From: Octopus sinensis
Lineage: Eukaryota
Direction: 5' to 3'
Length of the DNA stretch: 64,000 nucleotides
Assembly: GCF_006345805.1 (NCBI RefSeq)
Contig: NC_043004.1
Coordinates: 104,532,001-104,596,000 of the forward strand
Of the stretch, positions 1 through 11,470 are shown piece after piece (position 1 is the stretch's first letter; every line of letters starts with the position of its first letter). The notes under the pieces were generated by a model. It was given only the letters and a program-made list of their open reading frames with translations, made no database searches and was not told the origin of the DNA. Both the position numbers and the translations under genes were made by a program.

Positions 1-240
1 CAGCAGGGGGAGGGCGAATTCTGCTGTATTCTTTCACCATAACTTTCTCTCACTCTTTCTTTCTGTTGTACTTGTATTTTAAAGGGCCAGCCTTGTCACA
101 CTCTGTGTCACGCTGAATCTCTCCGAGAACTACGTTAGGGGTACACGCGTCTGTGGAGTGCTCAGTTACTTTCACGAGCTGGCTGTTCCATTGATCGGAT
201 CAACTGGAACCCTCGTCGTCGTAACCGACGGAGTGTCACA
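1..240 (+). mobile_element. SINE 3' portion (family E)
   Basis: Matches copies at 13350-13695 (minus) and 41475-41770, e.g. 'gtgtcacgctgaatctc...gttgatcggatcaactggaaccctcgtcgtcgtaaccgacgg'. Confidence 0.7.
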
Positions 241-815
241 ATTATATTATCTAATGCGTCCGTCTGTTTTTCTCTTTTTGCTTAAGTCAAGAGTGTGCAA
301 TTTGAGGTTGACCAGGCAGCTATTTCTAGCAGGTTAACACCGCAAAGAGGTTACTTCGTCTGTTTGGGTCATAAATAGATAGTATGGCGTGGTGCAGTCA
401 ATCGGCAGCCACAGCATCTCGTATTACATCGTGGTGGTCACTTTGCAGGATGGAAAATAAAACCTATCAAAGGGTGGATGGACTCAGTGAAGATATCAGT
501 CATCCAACAGCTAAGAGTGAGGAACTCCAGTCCAATGGAAGTGAAGCAGCCCTAGTTCTAGTTTGAACTTCCTTTTAGTATATAAAAAAAGGAAACTCAA
601 ATGAAAAAAAAAATCCTGAAGTGTAGTTGTTCTCTGGTTGTCTCAATCTCTGTTGTTCCACTGGTGTCATAGCTGAATGTGCTCAAAAGTGGGTTCTGTG
701 CTGTGCAACACTTTATCCGCTCAAAGTTAAATTACGCACAAGGATTTTTTTACCCCACTTACTTCAAGAAGTGGTCTTACTCGGTCACGAGTCTACTTTC
801 AGCGTGTATGTGTGT

Positions 816-850
<35 letters not shown>

Positions 851-1098
851 AAGAGGAGTGCATGGACACTGATTACCTACATCAACAGTGTGACCGAGAG
901 AAAAATACCTCAAAGGAACTTCTGTAAATGAAATACAACACACTGCCGGATCTTACATGAGTTATGTAGTCGCATGCATGATTGTGAAGTTAAGAGCTTC
1001 GATTCACAATCACATGGGTTCGATTTCGGTCCCATTGCTCAGCAACTTGGACAAGTGTCTTCTACTGTAGCTCCGGGAAGACATAACTGATCAGAAAG

Positions 1099-1331
1099 GG
1101 CGGCGAGCTGGTAGAAACGTTAGCACGCCAGGCGAAATACGTAGCCGTATTTCGTCTGCCGTTACGTTCTGAGTTCAAATTTCGCCGAGGTCGACTTTGC
1201 CTTTCATCCTTTCGGGGTCGATAAATTAAGTACCAGTTACGCACACTGGTGTCGATGTGATCGACTTAACGCCTTTGTCTGTCCTTGTTTGTCTCCTCTA
1301 TGTTTAGCCCCTTGTGGGCAATAAAGAAATA
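1099..1331 (+). mobile_element. tRNA-derived SINE family B (Meta-domain-like), full length with 16-bp TSD
   Basis: Head with A-box-like TGGTAGAAACGTT and B-box GTTCAAATT; central 'gaggtcgactttgcctttcatcctttcggggtcgataaa' resembles the MetaSINE domain. Perfect TSD ATAACTGATCAGAAAG at 1083-1098 and 1332-1347. Confidence 0.9.
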
Positions 1332-2224
1332 ATAACTGATCAGAAAGTTACCATTAGACTCAAGCCTAAAATTGCACTTGGCATAAAGGAGGTTATGCAC
1401 TCCCAATATGCAGGATGACGAGTCGCTTGCATTGCTAGGTGCAATAATGGACACGAAAATAATGGCTGGTTATATGCCATAATTAGGAATATATTATATG
1501 ACTATATAACCGATCAATTCCTGTTTTAGAAAATGCTTTTTTCTTCTTACTTATGGATATATAACTGATAAATATTCTTTTATTCTTTGACTTGTTTCAT
1601 TCATTTGACTGATACCATGCTGGGTTTTAACATGGGAGGTCACTAATAAAAAAACGTCATGGGAGGTCACTAATAAACACGGCAACACTTTTAATAATTG
1701 GACTGAATTATTAATCCAATAACCATGAAATATCTCTGTGCAGTAAATGAGAATAACACTCATCCCGTGGGAATAACTTCATGTTCAAGGTTTTATTCTG
1801 ACATGTGATAAATGAACGCGTACAGTAAGTATACAATGTTCAATAAAGATTTCTAGGAAGAAGAATGGTTTTGAACAACTTGTTATGTTCCATGATGACT
1901 TTGAGTAAATAGAAATAAATCAAGATACGAGATTTACTTTCCGCAGGCACCAGACGTAGAATGGCTCTCTCCGGGTCGTGGCGGACCTTTGTTATGTCTC
2001 AAAGAAGCAGTAGAGAAGAGAGGCTGATTTAAGCGGAAATACCACTTAAATAGACGATGTGCTACTAGCGACCTCCTGTGTGTTATTTTGAAGTTATGTG
2101 TAGTACATTAGCAAAGAGGGAGTTAATGATGTTCCCCTAGAATTTTCTCGAATCATCTAGAACGTTCGTTCAGGACTCCCAACGAATATTTTGTGGGCTT
2201 GTGAATCTGTTTCAATTAGCGTTG

Positions 2225-2544
2225 CCTTCAGGGTTATAGTCAAAGAAATCGATCCCAGGACTTATTCTATCAATCTTTTTGCTAAACCACTAAGCTATGG
2301 GAACGTAAACACATCAGCATCAGTTGTCAAGTGATGGCGAGGGGACAAACAGACACAAAGATACACACGCATATATATACATACATATATACGACGGGCT
2401 TCTTTCAGTTTCCGTCTACCAAATCGGGCATTGGTCGGCCCGAGGCTATTGTAGAAGACACTTGCCCAAGGTGCCACGCAGTGGGACTGAACCCGGAACC
2501 ATGTGGTTGGTAAACAAGCTACTTACCACACAGCCACTCCTGCG

Positions 2545-2546
<2 letters not shown>
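2225..2546 (-). mobile_element. tRNA-derived SINE family A
   Basis: Reverse complement of the full copy at 45386-45778. Confidence 0.85.
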
Positions 2547-2620
<74 letters not shown>

Positions 2621-2626
2621 ATATAT

Positions 2627-2657
<31 letters not shown>

Positions 2658-2686
2658 GTATATATATATATGTATATATATATATG

Positions 2687-2778
<92 letters not shown>
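2547..2778. repeat. (TA)n microsatellite
   Basis: About 230 bp of near-pure TA; source of the IYIYIY ORFs. Confidence 0.98.
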
Positions 2779-2781
<3 letters not shown>

Positions 2782-2886
2782 CACTGACACATGCACACAC
2801 ACAACATATACAACAGGCTTCTTTGAATTTCCATCTACCAAATTTTCTCACAAGACTTTGGTCGGCCCAAAGTTACAGTAGAAGAT

Positions 2887-3314
2887 CAGGGTCGGATTAA
2901 GACCCATCGAGGCCCTAAGCACTTAAAAGATTTTGGTGCCCCCATAAAAGATTATGTAATTCAAAATATAAACAATAGCAAACCATAAAATAAATTTCAT
3001 TTTTCAAAATGAAACAAAACAGTAAGAGGGAAAATAATGTTTATTTTTGTTTAATTCCACTTTATTTGTATTTGAAAAGTTTCCTCCTACTTTTTTGAAT
3101 TGCAAAGTCTTTGATGAGATCCTCAAAATTAATCTTAGGTAACACATCTGCTTCTATACTCAGTAGAGACAAAGGCATCCTGAATATTATTTCAGCAAGT
3201 TTAAAGTGATTTCTTTTGTGCCGTTAACCATTTACCATTTCTGTGATGTCCCCTCCTCCTTCCCGTGATGCCCTTAGCATGTGCTTATTTTGCTTAATGG
3301 TTAATTCAGCACTG
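2887..3314 (-). mobile_element. Non-autonomous hAT transposon inserted in a family A SINE
   Basis: TIRs CAGGGTCGGATTAA / TTAATTCAGCACTG; 8-bp TSD TAGAAGAT/TAGAAGAC; internal minus-strand peptide LSLLSIEADVLPKINFEDLIKDFAIQKSRRK resembles a hAT transposase C-terminus. Confidence 0.85.
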
Positions 3315-3414
3315 TAGAAGACGCTTGCCCAAGGTGCCACGCAGTAGGACTGAACCCGGAACCGTGTGGTTTGGAAGCTAGCTACTTACAACACAGATAT
3401 ATATATATATATAT

Positions 3415-3463
<49 letters not shown>

Positions 3464-3987
3464 TGTGTGTGTGTGTGTTTGTCCCCACCGCTTGACAAAC
3501 GAGGATTATTTTGTTTAATATACTGTGACTTAGGGATACAGCGAGAAATCGACAGAATATGTATTCGACTCAAAATAATTACGGCAGCCGATTTGTTTGA
3601 TTAATCCTACAAAGCAGTGATTGCCCCAGCATGGTCACAGTCCAGTGACTCAAACAAGGAAAAAAAATAAAATAAAAGTGGATAGTAAATGCAAAAGTTA
3701 GATTATTCATATAATTAACAAAGAAAATGTTCTCCAAATATTAGTGTCAATCGAGTTGTTGACATATGTCCATATATGTTCATAAGAACGACCACTCCTG
3801 CAACAAAGCAGTCAACGTTATAAATAAGATAAAGGCTGATTACTATACGGAATAAGTAAATACATAAATATTATATTTCCCTTTTATGGAGAAGGAAAAA
3901 AATTCAAGCTGTATTTATTTACAATTTAGGAGATTATTGCCAAAATAAATAAGGAAATAAATAAATGAATGAATAAATAAATATATA

Positions 3988-5280
3988 CGAGGGGCGTTCA
4001 ATAAGTAATGCCCCTAACCAACTTCCCATAGCAGTAGAGCAACGAAACTTGGCACAATCATTAGTCTTTCTCTACATAGGAACCACCCAGAGTTACGCAT
4101 TTCTCCCATCGTTTGATGCAGCTCTGGAGACTGTTTTTGTAGAAGACTCCAGCTTGGTCCTCCAACCACGACGTGACTTCAGAAATCAAGGCTGCATCAT
4201 CTGGGAAACGCTTTCCTTTCAAAAACAACTTCATAGCTGGGAAGAGGTGAAAATCAGAGGGTACAAGGTCAGGAGAGTAGGGGGGATGGAGGAGGAGTTC
4301 ATAGCCGCACGCCTATGCTTCTAATCTGGCGACACGCGAGTTGAGGACCGGAGTGTTGTCCTGCAGGAGGAGGATGCCTTTGCTGATCTTGCCCCGCCTC
4401 TTGATTTTGATAGCTTCTCTTAATTTCCTCAAAAGTGAAGCATAATAGGCTCCTGTAATTGTGGTACCCTTTGCCAGGAAATCTGTCATCACTACTCCGT
4501 CCTGGTCCCAGAAGACTGTGAGCATGACCTTGCCAGCGGAGGGCTGCACTCTTGCCTTCTTTGGAGGAGGTGAGTCACGGTGCTTCCACTGCCTTGACTG
4601 GGCTTTGGTCTCTGGATCATCGTGATGGACCCAGGTTTCATCCTGTGTAATCAGTCTTTTGAAAAATTTTGACTCATCTTCTTGGCACATCTCCAAATTC
4701 ATCCTCGATCACTCGACGCGTTCTTGCTTCTGGAAAGGTGTGAGCAACCTGGGAATCCATCTGGCAGACACCTTTTTGCATATGCAAATGGTCATGAATG
4801 ATAGTTTCCACAGACCCGGTACTAATCTTGACCTCATGGGCTATTTGGCGAATAGTTACGCGTCGATCTTCCAAAATGGCAGCCTCAACTTGACGGACAG
4901 ATGCCTCATCAATGGCAGAAGGGGGCGACCAGATCTGGGAGCTGTTTCCACAGAGTTCCGACCATGTTTGAATTCATGATGCCAGCGTTTTACAAGGTCA
5001 TATGACGGGGCATCATCACCATAAGTTACTTTCATTTCATAAAAAGTCTCCCGTGGTATGCGTCCTTTCAAATACAAAAACCAGATCACTGCTCGACACT
5101 CAACAGGCTCCATTTTACACTTGGCTCAGTTCAAACACCTGTAAATCAGAAACCACAATTACTTCAGAGCTGTAATTTGCCACGTAATCTATAGAGATAT
5201 AAATAATTGCACATGCAAAATATCAGCTAGATCAAACAACTGCAAGTGGGTCAGAGGCATTACTTATTGAACGCCCCTCG
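3988..5280 (-). mobile_element. Full-length mariner (Tc1/mariner, DD34D) DNA transposon, 1293 bp
   Basis: TIRs CGAGGGGCGTTCAATAAGTAATGCC / GGCATTACTTATTGAACGCCCCTCG, flanked by TA on both sides. Confidence 0.97.
4060..5113 (-). pseudogene. Frameshifted mariner transposase (irritans/Himar1-like)
   Basis: Split over ORFs 4856-5113 (HTH region, RSGRP), 4674-4874 and 4313-4702 (ITQDETWVHH, LLLQDN). HPPYSPDLVPSDFHLF is readable near 4240-4290. Confidence 0.93.
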
Positions 5281-5292
5281 TAAATAAAGAGG

Positions 5293-5425
5293 GTGCTACT
5301 TTAGCATGCAGTTTACTGTGGTATCAACAGTCTACGCTGTGAAATGACCTGAACTAGGTTAGGATAAGGGTGAAGGTTTAAGGTTCAGGATTAGGGTTAG
5401 GGTTAGCTGCACGCTGAAATGGCAC
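5293..5425. mobile_element. Small MITE-like element containing TTAGGG-like repeats
   Basis: Imperfect 19-bp inverted ends GTGCTACTTTAGCATGCAG / CTGCACGCTGAAATGGCAC enclosing ...GGATTAGGGTTAGGGTTAG. Confidence 0.5.
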
Positions 5426-5786
5426 TAACAATAAAATACAATGGTTTTAAGTTTTGGCACAAGGCCAGCAATTTGAGAGGGAAGGGGTAAGTTGATTGCA
5501 TCGATCCCAATGTTCAGCTGATTCTTATTTTATCTACAGCGAAAGAGAAATTGAAACAGAATCCATAATTGTATTCATTATCAGACCAGTTTCTGGTCTT
5601 TTGTTTTCTCATCTCTGTATTTTGAGATTTCTGTGGATGAGTTGACCCCTGAAAACTTCTCTGGTCATAGAAAGGTCAGGAATATAATTCTGGAGAAATC
5701 GTTTGTTTTAGGTTGACCTACTTTAATTGCCAAACATATATAAACACAAGAAACTTCTCTATCTTCCCGTTCGATCAATTTGGCCG

Positions 5787-6000
<214 letters not shown>

Positions 6001-6084
6001 CTTTATAATAAAGCATATTACTCTACCACTGGTATTTGAGTACTCTTTTTTCCACCTTGTTTCACATTTATGTGTTTACTCCGG

Positions 6085-6118
<34 letters not shown>

Positions 6119-6187
6119 AATGAGAAATAAGAAAATGGAGATATAGCATTTAATAAAGATTTATTATCAGCAAAAATCAAACATAGT

Positions 6188-6272
6188 CCCTTACAGCTGT
6201 TTCAATTAAGCCCAATAAAGATTAAATAAATATTATTAAAATTATTTTTTCGTACAAAATCTCTTCAGAGGG
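6188..6272 (-). ncRNA. Minimal type I hammerhead ribozyme motif (Penelope-like terminus)
   Basis: Minus strand: CCCU-CUGAAGA-GAUU[AU-rich loop]AAUU-GAAA-C-AGCU-G-UA-AGGG. Complete core, stem I CCCU/AGGG, palindromic stem III ACAGCUGU, GUA cleavage triplet. Confidence 0.7.
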
Positions 6273-6708
6273 GTAGGAAAAATGATATACCCTTAGCTTT
6301 TTTTTTTATGTGTTGTATTATAGAACCATCATACCATCTTCTGTGCTATTTCCACACCAGGTGCAAATAGCACAGAAGTAAGTCTAAGACATTTCAATTT
6401 AAGAGGGAATTTAATTAAAAATTATATGAAGAAGATATCACTGGTTTTGGTGAATCTGATCTTATCAAATATCAGTAAAAGTTTATAAAAATTTGAAGTA
6501 AAAACAGTTTATCTTCTGTCTGGGTCGGGGTCAAGACATGTCAAGAACATAAATATATATGTATCTGTGTGTGTGTGTGTGTGTGTCCAACTCATGATAA
6601 CAGGTGATAGTTTGTTCACGTCCCTGTTAGTTATAGGCTTAAGGGGAAAATCGATAGAATAAGTACTAGACTTTAAAAAAGTTCTAGCGTTCATTTGTTA
6701 GTCTAACC

Positions 6709-7068
6709 CAATGGTACTCAACCAATGTCCATATGGCCCCTGAGGGTTCAAATGAAATTTTTGAGGGGTCCACTCAACAAAATAGTAAACTGGGAATCTA
6801 CAATAGTATTTTAAAGGCCCCCTGAAAAAATTCTGCTTTAGGTGTATGCATTGGTATGTGTTGCAAGAAACGGCTGGGTTTCTTGCTCTAATGTTTTCCA
6901 TAGTTCAACCTACACAAGTTAATGTGTGTGAAAAACTAAATAAGAATTTTGAAAGAAGTTTCTATAAAACTGGTTTTTAAACATTGAATGTCTACGGAGG
7001 GGGGATCCACCAGAATAAAATAGTAATCAAAGGGGTCGATAGGTAAAAAAAACGCGTGAGAAACTATG
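6709..7068. mobile_element. Non-autonomous hAT (Charlie-like) element
   Basis: Ends CAATGGTACTCAAC / GTGAGAAACTATG; perfect 8-bp TSD GTCTAACC (6701-6708, 7069-7076). The empty site is visible in paralogous copies near 13780 and 16632. Confidence 0.88.
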
Positions 7069-7468
7069 GTCTAACCTTACAAAGCAGTGAATGCCCCAAC
7101 ATGGTCGCAGTCCAGTGACTCAAACAAGTACAAAAAAAGAGTAAAAATGTTTAGTGAGTGCAGAATTTAGACTAGTCATATAATTAGCAAAGAAAATTTA
7201 CCAACAGATATTAGTGTCAATCGAATTGATGACATATGCCCATATATGTGCTTTTAACGAATGCAACGGCAGCCACTGTTATAAACAAATTAAAGGTTGA
7301 TATCATACGGAATAAATAAACGATATAAATAAACGAAATGAATAAATAAATAAATGTCAAGACAATTGAAAATGTTGCAAGACTCAACGAAAATTTTAGG
7401 AAAATAAAAATAAAAAAACAAACGGAAATGTTACCGGTGTGTGTGTTAAAGTATAAAGTATACTTTAT

Positions 7469-8191
7469 ACACACCAGCATCGGTTGTCAAGCGATGTTTG
7501 GTGGGGGGGGGGAGAAACAGACACAAACATATACCCACATATATACATACACATACACACATACTCACATACATACATACATACATACATACATACATAC
7601 ATACATGCATGCATGCATGCATGCATTCATACATACATACATACATACACACATACATACATACATACATACATACATACATACATACATGCATGCATTC
7701 ATACATACATACATACCATACATACATACACACATACATACATACATATACATACATACATACATACATACTACATACATGCATGCATTCATTCATACAT
7801 ACATACATACACACATACATACATACATACATACATGCATGCATTCATACATACATACATCACACATACATACACACATACATACATACATACATACATA
7901 CATACATACATACATACATACATACATGCATGCATTCATTCATACATACATACATACATACATACATACATACATACATACATACATGCATGCATTCATT
8001 CATACATACATACATACACACATACATACATACATACATACATACATACATACATACATACATACATACATACATACGACGGGCTTCTTTCAGTTTCCGT
8101 CTACCAAATCCACTCACAAGGCATTGATTGGCCTGAGGCTATAGTAGAAGGACACTTTCCCCAAGGTGTTACGCAGTGGGACTGAACCCGG
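7469..8191 (-). mobile_element. SINE family A with expanded internal (TACA)n array
   Basis: SINE sequence on both sides of about 540 bp of (TACA)n with CATGCATGCATT variant units. Confidence 0.85.
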
Positions 8192-8289
8192 AAACGACTC
8201 TCCCCAGACACAGCAATAAATAAATGATTGATTTATTAATATGTCCCTTTTATGGAGAAAGAAAAAAAGAACTTCATTTGTTTCCAGCT

Positions 8290-8856
8290 TACTCTTTTAC
8301 TCTTTTACTGGTTTCAGTCATTTGACTGTGGCCATGCTGGAGCACCACCTTCAGTCGAGCAAATCGCCCCCCCCCACCCGGAATTATTCTTTGTAAGCCT
8401 AGTACCTATTCTATCAGTCTCTTTTGCCGAACCACTAAGTTACGGGGACGTAAACACACCAGCATCGGTTGTCAAGCGATGTGGGGGGGACAAGCGCGCG
8501 CGCATACACACACGCGCGCACACACACACAGACGCATACACATACACACATGCATACACACACACAGACACACATACTTACATACACACATACATACATA
8601 CACACATGCATACATGTATACATGCATACATACATTCATACATACACACACACACATACATACAAACATACATACATACATACATATTCACACATGCATA
8701 CATGCATACATACATTCATACATACACACACACACACATACACACATACTTACATACACACATACACACATACATACATACATACATACATACATACATA
8801 CATACATACATACATACATACATACATACATACGACTGGCTTCTTTCAGTTTCCGT
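8290..8856 (-). mobile_element. SINE family A, 5'-truncated, with internal (CA)/(TACA) array
   Basis: Homology to 45530-45778. Confidence 0.8.
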
Positions 8857-9296
8857 CGCAGTCCAGTAATTCAAACAAGTACAAAGAAAAAGGTAAAAGT
8901 GTATGGTGAGTGCAAAAGTTAGAAAATTTCCCTGCAGGTTGTTGATGATATATGTCCATATATGGGCATGTATACTATTACACGGCAACCACTGTTATAA
9001 ACAAATTAAAGGTTTTTGTACCACACGAAATAAATAAATATCAGAAAGAAAGAAAAAGAAAAAAGAGAAAAGAAAGAAAAGAAAGAAAGAAGAAGAAAGG
9101 AAGAAATAAATAAATAAAGAAAGAAAGAAAGCAATGATTAATGCAATAATATTTCCTTTTATGGAGAAGAAAAAAGAAAAGAAAGTAACTGCATTTGTTT
9201 CCTAACTACGAGATTATCATCGAAATAAATAATAAACAAGATGCTACGATCCGAGGTGTGTTTGGATAAGGGTTAGGGCATTGGATTTAAGATTAG

Positions 9297-9645
9297 CTCA
9301 GAGTGAGTCCCTCTTATAGATTCTCGTCGTCTCTCCAATGCATGACAACCTCATCTTCAAGAAACTTGAATGCTTGGTCAATGTCAGACTCTCTCCAGAG
9401 TCCCGTGACCAGGCTGCTTCGCAACAAACGGTTTGGGGGGTCTAGGTCTGCATAAGTACTTGCCTCTATCACTTCTCTGTTTTCTTTCCTCCACCCACGC
9501 CTGCTCCCCTTTAATAGGCAACTTCTCTGTAACATGGACTAGTTCCAACAGGGAGATGGATGAAGCTCTGTTCCAGGGGAGAGAAATGGGTTTCTCAGTT
9601 ACTGTTACAATTGGGGATAGAAGAAAGCGGAGAGTGTGGGACAAT
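9297..9645 (+). pseudogene. CRE-clade (CRE/SLACS/MoTeR-like) non-LTR retrotransposon RT C-terminal fragment
   Basis: Across frameshifts reads LRVSPSY...DNLIFKKLECLVNVRLSPESRDQAA / RFGGLGLHK...CFLSSTHACSPLI...RVWD. This fits the CRE pattern LRxSP...D...N..L....QAxLP..GGLG.R...FLSS...Q..WD. Confidence 0.65.
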
Positions 9646-9781
9646 CGGCACTCAGGTGTCCCTTTCAACTCTAGCTTTTCTTTTTTATATATATATGACC
9701 TTTAGAAATAGTAATTCCTTGACGATTGCTTACGATCAGTATTTCACTTTCAATCTGTGATCATAAACCGAAAGGATGCTT

Positions 9782-9832
<51 letters not shown>

Positions 9833-9914
9833 CTATACTCTTTTACTTGCTTCAGTCATTTGACTGCGGCCATGCTGGATATATATGTATATATATGTGT
9901 GTGTATATATATAT

Positions 9915-10232
9915 CTTCTGCTATAGCCCCGGGCCGACCAATGCCTTGTGAGTGGATTTGGTAGACGGAAACTGAAAGAAGCCTGTCGTATATATGATTA
10001 TATATATGTATGTGTGTGTTTGTGTGTCTGTGTTTGTCCCCCTAGCATTGCTTGACAACTGATGCTGGTGTGTTTACGTCCCCGTAACTTAGCGGTTCGG
10101 CAAAAGAGACCGATAGAATAAGTACAGAGCTTACAAAGAGTGAGTCCCGGGGTCGATTTGCTCGACTAAAGGCGGTGCTCCAGCATGGCCACAGTCAAAT
10201 GACTGAAACAAGTAAAAGACACTAAAAGAGTA
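9915..10232 (+). mobile_element. SINE family A (headless)
   Basis: Near identical to 45475-45778. Confidence 0.85.
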
Positions 10233-10233
10233 A

Positions 10234-11470
10234 ACGAACGGGGTGGGGAGAAAACTCGGAAAATACACAAGATCCGATTTTCCCTTCATAACTTTCAGCA
10301 AAATGGATATATACTAATGAAATTTTATAGAAATGCCTTTCAAATGGCACAGTTTACGATTATAAAGAAATATCTGGGGAAAATGTTTTCCGAAGAAGTG
10401 GGGAGAGGACTTCACATGATCCGATTTTCTACCTCATAACTTTCAGGAAAATGGATATCTTTTAATGAAATTTTACAGAAACACTTTTCAAAGAGCATGG
10501 ATTACGATTATAAAGAAATTTGTGGGGGAAATGTTTTCCGAAGGGGTGGGGAGCGGACTGTCGGAAAGTTCGCACAATCCGTTTTTTTCCTCATAACTTT
10601 CAGGATCTAGTTTAGGGTCTGGTCCCCAAAGCGAAAAAAAAAAGGGTTGGGGTTTAGAAAAACGAATATGAAAACAAACATTTGCGCAAACGAACTTGAG
10701 AGGACTTTCGGAAAATTCACACGATCCGATATTTTCCCTCATGACTTTCAGGAAAACATTGTCCCCAACAAATTTCTTTATAATCGTAATCTATGCTGTT
10801 TGAAAAGTGTTTCTGTAAAATTTCATTGAAAGATATCCGTTTTCTTAAAAGTTATGAGGGAAAAAATCGGATCATGGGAATTTTCAGAAAGTCCTCTCCC
10901 CGACCACCCCACCCATGTTCATTTGCGCAAATTTTTGTTTTCATATTCATTCTCTACACGTTCTTTTTTACACCTATCAGACTGTTTTTATTTATTTATT
11001 TATTTATTTTGACTGAGCGCTAAACTAGATCCTGAAAGTTATGAGGGAAAAAACGGTCAGTCCTCTCCCCACCCCTTTGGAAGCATTTTCTCCACAAATT
11101 CCCATATAATCGTAATCTAAGCTGTTCGAAGGGTATTTCTGTAAAATTTCATTAAACGATATCCATTTTCCTGAAAGTTAAGAAAGTAAAAAAAAAAAAC
11201 GGAAGAAGGAAAAAAAAACTTTTCGAAATCCTCTCCCCACTTCTTCGGAAAACATTTTCCCCAGATATTTCTTTATAATCATAATCTGTGCCATTTGAAC
11301 GGTATTTCCAAAAAATTTCAATAATATATATCCATTTTCCTGAAAATTATGAGGGAAAAATTAGATCTTGTGAATTTTCCGAAAGTCCTCTCCCCACCCA
11401 TCCCCGTTGGTTTGCGCAAATTTCTTCTTTCATATTCGTTTTCTTCATATATTTTTTACATCCAGTTGGC
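10234..11470. mobile_element. Foldback element: about 1.2-kb imperfect palindrome built from about 140-bp subunits
   Basis: Left-arm units (e.g. atatctggggaaaatgttttccgaagaagtgggg, about 10370) are reverse complements of right-arm units (ccccacttcttcggaaaacattttccccagatat, about 11235). Orientation flips near 10757. Confidence 0.8.

Noticed and set aside
384-566. 60-aa ORF with an acceptor-like TTGCAG
   Set aside because: Fragments (CRME, GWMDSVK) look more like a decayed RTE-type LINE end; no donor or partner exon.
1062-1244. Recurrent 'MRNWYLIYRPRKDERQSRPRRNLNSE' ORF (also 54933, 62930)
   Set aside because: Antisense translation of SINE family B.
1880-2200. Possible solo LTR
   Set aside because: No clear TG...CA ends or TSD.
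2324-2841. Long IYIYIY / HTYI / CVCV / SIYL ORFs here and throughout (e.g. 7428-8185, 42942-43361)
   Set aside because: Translations of stop-free microsatellites, not genes.
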